Shown here: positions 51,697 to 59,990 of the stretch, in pieces
How positions within the stretch are numbered: the first letter of the stretch is position 1
Layout: the number at the start of each line of letters is the position of its first letter
Assembly: GCA_963663165.1 (NCBI GenBank)
Contig: OY760175.1
Coordinates: 832,001-896,000, forward strand
Origin: an uncultured Desulfospira sp.
Lineage (GTDB): Bacteria > Desulfobacterota > Desulfobacteria > Desulfobacterales > Desulfobacteraceae
Reading direction: 5' to 3'
Length of the DNA: 64,000 bases
The notes under the pieces: model-generated
Seen by the model: only the letters and a program-made list of their open reading frames with translations
Databases searched by the model: none
What the model was told of the DNA's origin: nothing
Translations under genes and position numbers: made by a program

Positions 51697-52865
51697 ATGG
51701 CATATTCTCCCCATTTTCTGTGAATCACAATGTAAAATCCGAGGCTGACCAGGACACTGACCGCGCACATCAGGAGCACCGGACCAAAACCTGTGCCGTC
51801 CTCACCCACCAAAAGGGCGGCCAGGGCCGGTCCCAACGTAAAGCCGATCCCCTGAAAAGCCGGCACCAGAACCGCATACCGGCCCGTATGGTCAAAGCCG
51901 CTGAGGGAGCCCAGCTGAAATATATCGGTTACGTTCCAGAACATGAAAAACAGGGTGGATCCCAGGATATAGGCCATGGGGGTCAATGATATTCCCAGGC
52001 CCGCCATGATCAGGATTTCAGCCACCAGGGTAATCATCAGGGGGCGGGCCTGGCCGAATCTACCCCCGAGCCAGGTGGCAAACAGGCAGCTGGTCAGGCT
52101 TGCCAGATTCCCCAAAGACAGGCAGGTCAGGACCGTACCGTCTGAAAGGCCCGATGCCAGCCCGATTCTCTCTGCATAAGCCCAGAAGGTATTGACATTG
52201 GCAGCGAAAAAACAGATGGCCCCCAGGCTGAGGAAACAGGGCAGCACCACCGGATTCTTAGCCTTGTGTTCAAGCTCCTCCGGGGTTTCAATGTATCTTG
52301 CGGGAAAAAACCGGATGAACACAAAGCAGACCAGCGTTACCAGGGCAAAGGCATAAAATATGGCCTCAACATTCCACGTTGCGGACAGATACGGCAGGGC
52401 AATCAGCTCAAGCCCGATAAAGGCAACCGAGAACAGATATAAAACAGCAAAGTTCCGGGTGGGGTTGCTTGTTCCGGACAGGCAGGCCAGCACCAGGGAC
52501 CAGTTGATTCCCTGGCTGAACCCGGCAAATATCCAGATCAGAACCAGGGGGGCCATGGTGTCGGGCTGAACCATGGCAATGAGCAGGTGGCTGATGACGG
52601 CCAGAACGGTCCCGGCGGCCAGGATCCAGCGCCGGTTCAAGGTGGTGATCACAAAGGTGCACAAAACGGAGGCCACGGTCATTCCCCCCATATACGCAGA
52701 CGCCACAAACCCGATTTTCTGTTCTGAATAGGCCCATTTCACCACCATCTCGTTGAGTATGACCGGCATACCGGCAATAAAGCAATTGGCAGTGATGCCG
52801 ACAATGATGGCCGTTACAATCACCATAGGACGATTAAATGTTGAATTTACCTGTTCTGGTTCCAT
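51693..52865 (-). CDS. MFS transporter
   Basis: 390 aa, about 12 hydrophobic segments, WAYAERIG; ATGA overlap with the AcsE-like gene. Confidence 0.85.
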   Translation of the reverse strand: MEPEQVNSTFNRPMVIVTAIIVGITANCFIAGMPVILNEMVVKWAYSEQKIGFVASAYMGGMTVASVLCTFVITTLNRRWILAAGTVLAVISHLLIAMVQPDTMAPLVLIWIFAGFSQGINWSLVLACLSGTSNPTRNFAVLYLFSVAFIGLELIALPYLSATWNVEAIFYAFALVTLVCFVFIRFFPARYIETPEELEHKAKNPVVLPCFLSLGAICFFAANVNTFWAYAERIGLASGLSDGTVLTCLSLGNLASLTSCLFATWLGGRFGQARPLMITLVAEILIMAGLGISLTPMAYILGSTLFFMFWNVTDIFQLGSLSGFDHTGRYAVLVPAFQGIGFTLGPALAALLVGEDGTGFGPVLLMCAVSVLVSLGFYIVIHRKWGEYAI

Positions 52866-52929
52866 AAGTCTTTTTCCAAAGTTAAAAATTCAGGGGGTGC
52901 CCCGGCAGGGCAATGCCGGCAAAAGGGCA

Positions 52930-53020
52930 TTTATATGAAAGTCTCACTAACATCTTGAGAAGACTTTCATTATTTGTTGTGGGCGGTTCTTGGTTGGATA
53001 ACCAAGGCGGCCCGTGGCCG
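52930..53020. repeat. Dispersed 91-bp structured repeat, copy 2
   Basis: Near-identical to 42495-42585; abuts the stop codon of the Isf gene. Confidence 0.9.
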
Positions 53021-53818
53021 TTAATCCTCATCAAATTCCAGCTGGGTATCCTCATCAGTGGCAAAATAGTCATAGGGCTTTTCAATGGCCAGGGGTTTTG
53101 TCCCGGAAATCCGCCGGAGAAACATGGTGTAGCGGCCGCTCTTTTCGAGCAGGTCGTGAACCTGCTTTTGCCGGGCCCCGGTTTTGATCAAAACAGCGAG
53201 CTGGGCGATGCCGGCGGCCATGTTCCGTGTGGATTTGACCAGGTAGGCCGTGGTTTCATCGTTGCCGGCGTGAAGGTCTTTCAGGGCATTTTTCCGGGGA
53301 TCCACGTGGGTCCATCCGCCGGCCCCGGTATAGGCACCGGGCCACTCCCCGGCAAAGGGCAGACAGCCCAGCATCATGGCATGGGCGTTGATAAAATTCA
53401 TGACCGATTCCTGGCCGGTGGCAATGCCGGTTCCCGAGGTGACGCACCCCACCACTTTCATCTGTTTGGAAAAAAATCCCTCCACCACGCTTTCGCCCAG
53501 CCGGTCAATAAAACATTTCAAATGCCCCGGGATTCCGGCGTGGTACACCGGCACGGAGTAAATCAGGGCATCGGCTTCAAGCCATTTGTCCCGCAGTTCG
53601 GCAAAATCATCCTCAAGCCGGCAGACCCCTAATTTTGAATGGCAGCGGTCGCAGGCCGTACAGGGAAGATACGTCCGGCCGCCGGTTTCATAAATTTCAG
53701 TGTCCACGCATCCGGGCACCGCCAGGGCTGCCGCCGCCAGTGCCTGGTCCAGCAGAAAACGGCTGTTGCCGCCCCTGCGGTTGCTTCCGTTGATTCCCAG
53801 TATCTTTATGGTTTCCAT
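53021..53818 (-). CDS. Iron-sulfur flavoprotein (Isf / flavodoxin-like)
   Basis: GINGSNRRGGNS, CTACDRC..C, SVPVY, LKCFIDR. Confidence 0.88.
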   Translation of the reverse strand: METIKILGINGSNRRGGNSRFLLDQALAAAALAVPGCVDTEIYETGGRTYLPCTACDRCHSKLGVCRLEDDFAELRDKWLEADALIYSVPVYHAGIPGHLKCFIDRLGESVVEGFFSKQMKVVGCVTSGTGIATGQESVMNFINAHAMMLGCLPFAGEWPGAYTGAGGWTHVDPRKNALKDLHAGNDETTAYLVKSTRNMAAGIAQLAVLIKTGARQKQVHDLLEKSGRYTMFLRRISGTKPLAIEKPYDYFATDEDTQLEFDED

Positions 53819-53832
53819 ATGCAGTTACCTGT

Positions 53833-55110
53833 TTAATAAACCCCGTATTTATAAACTGTTTCGGCCATGGCCATGACATTTTCCTTTTTGGCTTCCTTGG
53901 GGATTCCGGCCGATCCGTCAATGATCAGGCCGCCGGTATCCCCAAAAATATCAATCAGTTCTTTAACAGCATCAGCGGTCTGTTCCGGTGTGCCCGCAAT
54001 CAGCACCTGGGTGGGCACATTCCCCCAGAAGCACATGGTATCGCCAATGGCCTGCCGGGCCTTTTTTAAATCCACCACATCAAAATGCCCCCAGACCTTG
54101 CCGGCGGGAAGCTCGGTGAGAAACTCCAGCCGGTTGGTATAGGAGCCTTCAAAGAAGGGTATGGGGGTCAGATCCGCCTCGATCAGGGCCAGCAGAAGTT
54201 TTTTTAAGCCGGGCCAGTAGAATTCGGCAAACTGGGCGTTGGACATGAACGAGTCCGATCCCCGGTGAAGGGGGATGGAGACCGTTGTTCCGCCCATTTC
54301 TTTGGCGCTTGCAATGGCGTAATCTATAATGGTGGGGGTAATCACCTCTATGGTAGCCTTGAGTTTGTCCGGGTTATAGTACATGTCCATCATGGAACCC
54401 CGGATGCCCCGCAGATAATCGGAAACCCAGTCAAAGGGGGCATGGGCAAAAGAGGCCGACAGCCCGTTTTCCACGGGGAGGCCTTTTTGCTTTAAGGCTT
54501 CGGTGGTCCGGTCCAGCACCTCCAGCAGCTTGTTCATCTCCTCGCCGGCTTTGATCATTTTCCTGAGCATCTCCAGCACCTCGGGCCGGCTAAGGGCAAT
54601 GGCCAGCTCCCCCACCGGCGCATAGGCATGGGACATGGCCGCCAGGGGCGGGAACAGACCGAAAGGCTCAAGGACCGTGGCCATGCGCGGCCACAGCTTT
54701 CTAACCGTGAAATCCCCGGGGTCCTTTAAAAACAGGTCATACTCATCAGCGAGCAGGTACTCTTTTTCAACATACTGGAACTCCTGGGTATCCGGCAGAT
54801 TGTACCCGCCCCATTTATTGGTGGTAAGTCCCAGGATCTCCCCGACCTTTCCGGGAAATGCCGCAAACAGGCCGACCATGTCCCAGCCGTATTTCACGAT
54901 CTCTTCTTGAAATACCTTTGCTGCAAGTTCGGTGTCATAATAGGCCTGGGCCGGGGTTAAGCCCCCCTGGTGCAGGGAAAAGTAATCGTCGAGGATCACC
55001 ATGGGCACCCGGTCCGGCTGTTTGAGCCGCACCGCGTCCCAGACCCTTTTTAGGCGGGCCCGGTACTCTTTTTGTTCTTTGGTATGGGGTATTAGTTCTT
55101 GATTTTCCAT
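53833..55110 (-). CDS. Uroporphyrinogen-decarboxylase-family (MtaA/O-demethylase-like) methyltransferase
   Basis: PDRVP, APFD..LRG..DMY..P, IPLH, FAEFYWP, FFEG, CFWGNVP, GGLIID; next to a corrinoid protein. Confidence 0.85.
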   Translation of the reverse strand: MENQELIPHTKEQKEYRARLKRVWDAVRLKQPDRVPMVILDDYFSLHQGGLTPAQAYYDTELAAKVFQEEIVKYGWDMVGLFAAFPGKVGEILGLTTNKWGGYNLPDTQEFQYVEKEYLLADEYDLFLKDPGDFTVRKLWPRMATVLEPFGLFPPLAAMSHAYAPVGELAIALSRPEVLEMLRKMIKAGEEMNKLLEVLDRTTEALKQKGLPVENGLSASFAHAPFDWVSDYLRGIRGSMMDMYYNPDKLKATIEVITPTIIDYAIASAKEMGGTTVSIPLHRGSDSFMSNAQFAEFYWPGLKKLLLALIEADLTPIPFFEGSYTNRLEFLTELPAGKVWGHFDVVDLKKARQAIGDTMCFWGNVPTQVLIAGTPEQTADAVKELIDIFGDTGGLIIDGSAGIPKEAKKENVMAMAETVYKYGVY

Positions 55111-55213
55111 ATGGTTGTTCCCCGTTGCTGTTGTACTCCATTTTTTTTCAACCATTTGGCTTTTTTTGCAGGCTTTACAGCCCCAAAGCTAATGGCTAAC
55201 AGCTAATAGCTGT

Positions 55214-55846
55214 TCAAGCGATGGCCCAGTTTCTGGCTATACTCACCGCATCCATGGCCGTGGAGCCCCAGGCATCAGCCCCGATCTGGTCAGAGACCAG
55301 CTGGTTGACCGGGCCGCCGCCCACCATCACCTTCACATCGGTGAGGTTGGCCGCTTTGAGGGCCTGGATGGTCCGTTCCATGGGGTCAATGGCAAGGGTT
55401 AAAAATCCGCTCAACCCCACAATCTTAGCCTGGTGTTCCTCAACGGCCTTTACAAAATTTTCAGGCGGCACATCCACCCCTAAGTCAATCACCTCAAAGC
55501 CGTTCACATCCAGCATGAACACCACAATGTCCTTGGCAATATCATGGATGTCCCCCTGCACGGTTCCAAACACCACTTTACCGATTTTTTTGGTGTCGCC
55601 CTGGGCCTCCATAACGGGCTTGACCTTTTCGGCAATGGCCCCGAGAATATCGCCGGACACCATCAATTCGGGCAGAAAATATTCCCCTTTTTCAAAGCGC
55701 TCTCCAATGAGCTGCATGGCTTTGCGCCCCACATCCAGAATTTTTTGCGGGGATTCGCTGCCGGCCAGCAGTGCCTCGGTGATGCGGACGGCGTCGGTTC
55801 TGTTCAAGGTGGTAATGGCTTTAAATAATTCTTCGCTCATTTGCAT
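55214..55846 (-). CDS. Corrinoid (cobalamin-binding) protein
   Basis: Cap domain GEYFLPEL; GTVQGDIHDIAK (DxHxxG with G to A), DLGVDV, VGLSG, VMVGGG. Confidence 0.95.
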   Translation of the reverse strand: MQMSEELFKAITTLNRTDAVRITEALLAGSESPQKILDVGRKAMQLIGERFEKGEYFLPELMVSGDILGAIAEKVKPVMEAQGDTKKIGKVVFGTVQGDIHDIAKDIVVFMLDVNGFEVIDLGVDVPPENFVKAVEEHQAKIVGLSGFLTLAIDPMERTIQALKAANLTDVKVMVGGGPVNQLVSDQIGADAWGSTAMDAVSIARNWAIA

Positions 55847-55919
55847 TTCCTCATCATCATATCACTTATATATTGTAACTATTCAGCTAATGCTGAAAAT
55901 TAAGCAAAAACAGGGGCCA

Positions 55920-56025
55920 TAACTGTTCATCAGTGCTTCATATTTGTTTAGTCAGGACTTCGTAGCATACTTTTGCTATGTGAGAAGGCCTGAATGAGCG
56001 AAGATGGGGCACTGCTGAACAGTTA
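55920..56025. repeat. 106-bp palindromic MITE/REPIN-like element
   Basis: taactgttcatcagtgc / gcactgctgaacagtta termini (16/17); core gtagcatac-tttt-gctatgtgag. Confidence 0.8.
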
Positions 56026-57135
56026 CTATATTTTTTTTACCGCAGGCTTGTACTTAAAACCATAGCCCAAATACTCAGGCCCGAAAATTTTCAAGCCTTT
56101 TTCCGTTAAAAAGGCTTTGGGGGCCGGCAGAATCAGAACGGCCACCGCCCTTCCCTTTTCATGGTTGGGGTTGGTCACCGGTTCATCCGTATCTGTATCC
56201 ATCAGGCAGATCAAGTCCGGAATCGTAGCATGGACTTCGTTGTCCAGCCATGAAATCATGTTTTCATTCTTAAAATTAATTTTATAGGTATGGCCGGCAT
56301 ATCTGCCGGTTCCCCGAATCAGGATATCCCCGATGGTAAACCCCTCCTGGTTTTTCCAGGAAAAGTCTTCTATGGTTCCCCTGAAGGCCACAAATCCGCT
56401 GCCGGCCCCGGCAATGGCCTGGGCTGAGTCCTCCTGGGTCTGGCGCGCCAGCCGTAACACTTGCCCGAGTTTCAAGGCATAGGACACGGCGCCTTTAATC
56501 ACCGCCGGCCGCAGCACCTTCATTTCAAGGGCGTGATCCACGGCGGCAATATCATTGGCGCTGGCCACGGCAAGGGAACGGACCAGCTGTTCGGCCCGTT
56601 TGTCATCAATGATATTTTCACAGATGGCGGTCTCTCCAAAGGCATTGACCAGGACAATGGGGGATGCGGGCAGCCCGTTTAAATAGTAGGTGGAGTGGGT
56701 AATTTCAGGCACGGCCCGTCCGGCGGGGTCCGCATCAACGATAAAGCCCTGGATCATGGCCGCCACATAAAAGGACAAGGCGGAGTTGGCCCCGCCCATT
56801 TCACAGGAGATGGTCCCGTAAAAATCGGCGCCAAGGTAGGCTTTAAACCGATTTACGGCTGCCATAATGGGGTTTTCGGCCAGCCGGGGCAGCCGGTCGT
56901 ACTGCTGTTTTTCCTGTTCCGACACCGGGGATACGGCACCCAGAAAATAGGGGGTGCAGATCAGGGCATTGTCCGGGACCTCATCCACGGGAATAAGCCG
57001 GAACTGCCGGCCATGGGAAAGGGCCTCCTCAATGAGGTCCATCCCTTCCTGGATCTCTCCGCCGCCGCCGGTGCCAAGGATGGTACAGCCATATAAAATG
57101 TCGGTTAAATCCTGTCGGGTCAAATTTTTGATCAA
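56026..57135 (-). CDS. DUF917-family protein
   Basis: GCTILGTGGGG, EMGGANS, VDADPAGRAVPE, KNEN, PDLI, FGP; TTG start after GGAGAG. Confidence 0.85.
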   Translation of the reverse strand: MIKNLTRQDLTDILYGCTILGTGGGGEIQEGMDLIEEALSHGRQFRLIPVDEVPDNALICTPYFLGAVSPVSEQEKQQYDRLPRLAENPIMAAVNRFKAYLGADFYGTISCEMGGANSALSFYVAAMIQGFIVDADPAGRAVPEITHSTYYLNGLPASPIVLVNAFGETAICENIIDDKRAEQLVRSLAVASANDIAAVDHALEMKVLRPAVIKGAVSYALKLGQVLRLARQTQEDSAQAIAGAGSGFVAFRGTIEDFSWKNQEGFTIGDILIRGTGRYAGHTYKINFKNENMISWLDNEVHATIPDLICLMDTDTDEPVTNPNHEKGRAVAVLILPAPKAFLTEKGLKIFGPEYLGYGFKYKPAVKKI

Positions 57136-57312
57136 TGCTGCTCTCCAGAAATTTTCCGGGGGGACAACGCCCTGATCCCGGAATCAAAATATTTTTTGCA
57201 TTGTGCGTTTTGTCTTATGGGTTATAATTACCCGGGTAAAATATTTTGTCCTATACCTTAAAGGGTAGAAGGCGGGGTAACTTTACAAAAAAATGCATAA
57301 AAGAAACCGCCC

Positions 57313-59982
57313 ATGATCATCCAGACCAAACTGACAATGCCCCCCCTGAGGGAAAAAATGGTCCAGCGCAGCCAGTTGACCGGGATCATAGAACAGGGCA
57401 AAGACCACTCCTTGATCTTTATCACCGGACAGGCCGGGGCCGGCAAAACCTGCCTGGCGGTCCAGTGGCTTTCCCGGTACGAAAAACGGGCCGCCTGGTA
57501 TTCCCTGGACAATCAGGACAATGATCCGGATCTGTTCTCCCGGTACCTGTTATCGGCCATGCTCACGTGCAGCAAAAAAATTGCCCAGGCCTTCAGCCCG
57601 TTTCTCCAGGGGCAGAAAACCATTCCCATCCAAAAGGCCGTGCAGCGGATAATTGATGAGTTTGTGGACTTTAAAGACCATTTTTTTCTGGTGCTGGATG
57701 ATTACCACGCCATTGAATCAACCCAAATTCACGAGGCCATTCAATATCTTATTGAGTGCGCGCCGGCCTGCCTTCACCTGGTCATCCTCAGCCGGTCCGC
57801 CCTGCCCTTTCCCACAGCCCGGCTCACCGTGGGAAACCGGTTGATCCAGGTCAGTGCCATGGATTTAAAATTCAGCCTGGATGAAACCGCCTGTTTCCTG
57901 TCAGATCTCTTCAATATCCGGCTTTTGCCCGAACAGCTCAAAAAAATTTTTCAACTCACCGAAGGCTGGGTATCGGGGCTTCAGCTGGTGGGGCTCTCCT
58001 TGAACCGGCAGCCGCTTCAGGATCTTTCCAGAATCTCCCTTAAAGAGCACAAAACCTTTGCCATGGATTATTTCAGGGAAGAGGTGTTCCGGGTGCAGCC
58101 GGAACCGGTTCAGCAGTTTTTGCTCAAAACATCCATTCTGACCCGGTTTAATGCAACGCTTTGTGAAAACATCACCGGGATGAAAGATTCAGGTGCCATC
58201 CTTGAACAGCTGGACCGGAACAATATCTTCATCATTGCCCTTGACCCGTCCCGGGAGTGGTTCCGGTACCATGCCCTGTTTGCCGATTCCCTGAAAAAAC
58301 ACCTGAAACAAACCCATTCCGAACAGGTCCCGGATCTGGAGAAAAAAGCCGCGCTCTGGTACGCGGCCAACGATCATTTTGAGCTGGCCTTTATACACGC
58401 CCATGCCTCGGGGGATATCCATTTTCTGGCCGACGTGCTGGAAGACCATCTCATGTTCTATCTTCTGGCCTGCGAATTTGTCACGATTGCCCGGTGGCTG
58501 AACAAAATCCCCGACGCCCTGGTCAACCAGCGACTTATCCTGCTCTTATACCGGCAGCTGCTGGCAACGGAGCAGTGGAACCTGTCCCAGGCCGACTTTT
58601 TAATGAAAAATATCCGGGACAGGAAAGATGCGCTGCTTTCCCGGTATACCGGGGCAAAGCAGCAGCGGGCCAGGGATTTATGGCTGGCGGCAGAACACTC
58701 CAATGCCATTTTTAAACATCCGGACCGGCACGACGCCCATCAGCTGGCCCTGGACCTTAAAACCATCAGCCCCGGACATCTTTACATTAAAATGTATCTT
58801 TTGGATTTTATCCCCTGGAGCCTCATGGAAAGCGGCGAGACCCAGCAACTTGCCGGTACGGTTCTGGATAACCTTGCCTTCTATAAGCAGAAAAAACTCG
58901 GGTTCGGGGTATTTAACCTGCTCCGGATTTACGCCTCGATAGAGATCACCATGGGCCACATGTCCCGGGCAGAGGAAAAACTCAAAGCCGAACTGGACAT
59001 GGCCAAAGAGGCCGGTCTGTCAAAGCTGCCCTTCCGGTCGGATTACTTTGTCATCATGGCCATGATCCATGCCATGCGAAACGAACCGGACCTTGCATTG
59101 GAGAACATTTCTTCGGCCATGGCATACCTTGAAGAAACCAACCTGAACCTGATCCAGTGCGATGCCCATATCCAGCAGGCCTGTATCCTCCAGGCCATGG
59201 GCCGGGAGACCGTCGCCTCCTTTGCCATGGAAAAGGCCCTGGAAAAAAGCGCCGCCATGGGCAGCCCCTACCTTCTGGCCGTGGCCGAGTGTGCCGCCGC
59301 AAGGCTTGCGCTTTTTCAAGGGGAACCGTCCCGGGCCCGGCAATGGGCCGATGGCAGAAAACTGAATGTCAACGAGCCCTTTTCGGAATGTTTTGAATCC
59401 GAATGCCTGCTGGCCGCCCATTTGTGGGTGGACCAGGGCGAGTATGAAAAAGCGGTGCTGCTGCTGGAGACCCTGAGGCCAAGGTCGTTAAAGCGGCTGA
59501 GGGCCGAACCGGTCTTAAGGATTGATATCCTCCTTTCCGCGGCCCTGTACCGCCTGGACCGGAAAAAAGAGGCGTTTCTTTTCCTGGAATGCGCCGTCTG
59601 TTTTGCCGTGCCTGAAAAATACATTCAGCCCTTTATCCTCTTTTCCGCCTATATCGGGGAGTTGCTCCTGTCCCTTCAGAATGCGGCGGATCCCCTGATT
59701 CAGGCCCATGCCGGCGAACTTTGCCGCCAATGCGGCCTGGCGCATGGCCCTTGCCGGGAGAGCGGCAAAAGCATTCCGGTCAACAGCTTTGAAAGCCTGA
59801 CCCCACGGGAGGTGGATATTTTAAAAATGATGGCCTCGGGCCACTCCAACAACGATATTGCCGCCAATCTGTTTGTCTCGGTGAATACGGTCAAATTTTA
59901 CAATAAAAATATTTTTGCCAAGCTTGAAGTCAAAAACAGGGTCCAGGCGGGCATCAAAGCCCGGAAATTAAACATCATCTAA
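57313..59982 (+). CDS. MalT-like STAND/LuxR transcriptional regulator 1
   Basis: IIQTKL, GQAGAGKT, LVLDDYH, TEGW, WFRYHALF, C-terminal LTPRE..TVK LuxR HTH. Confidence 0.95.
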   Translation: MIIQTKLTMPPLREKMVQRSQLTGIIEQGKDHSLIFITGQAGAGKTCLAVQWLSRYEKRAAWYSLDNQDNDPDLFSRYLLSAMLTCSKKIAQAFSPFLQGQKTIPIQKAVQRIIDEFVDFKDHFFLVLDDYHAIESTQIHEAIQYLIECAPACLHLVILSRSALPFPTARLTVGNRLIQVSAMDLKFSLDETACFLSDLFNIRLLPEQLKKIFQLTEGWVSGLQLVGLSLNRQPLQDLSRISLKEHKTFAMDYFREEVFRVQPEPVQQFLLKTSILTRFNATLCENITGMKDSGAILEQLDRNNIFIIALDPSREWFRYHALFADSLKKHLKQTHSEQVPDLEKKAALWYAANDHFELAFIHAHASGDIHFLADVLEDHLMFYLLACEFVTIARWLNKIPDALVNQRLILLLYRQLLATEQWNLSQADFLMKNIRDRKDALLSRYTGAKQQRARDLWLAAEHSNAIFKHPDRHDAHQLALDLKTISPGHLYIKMYLLDFIPWSLMESGETQQLAGTVLDNLAFYKQKKLGFGVFNLLRIYASIEITMGHMSRAEEKLKAELDMAKEAGLSKLPFRSDYFVIMAMIHAMRNEPDLALENISSAMAYLEETNLNLIQCDAHIQQACILQAMGRETVASFAMEKALEKSAAMGSPYLLAVAECAAARLALFQGEPSRARQWADGRKLNVNEPFSECFESECLLAAHLWVDQGEYEKAVLLLETLRPRSLKRLRAEPVLRIDILLSAALYRLDRKKEAFLFLECAVCFAVPEKYIQPFILFSAYIGELLLSLQNAADPLIQAHAGELCRQCGLAHGPCRESGKSIPVNSFESLTPREVDILKMMASGHSNNDIAANLFVSVNTVKFYNKNIFAKLEVKNRVQAGIKARKLNII

Positions 59983-59990
59983 AGGCGTTA

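Noticed and set aside
55903..55919. sigma54-like TGGCCCCTGTTTTTGCT upstream of the corrinoid gene
   Set aside because: GG-to-GC spacing is 11 nt, not the required 10, and it sits at the junction of the palindromic element.
50893..57135. Pyrrolysine/selenocysteine recoding or cobalamin riboswitch in the methyltransferase cluster
   Set aside because: All ORFs are full length without in-frame TAG/TGA, and no B12-box-like sequence was seen.
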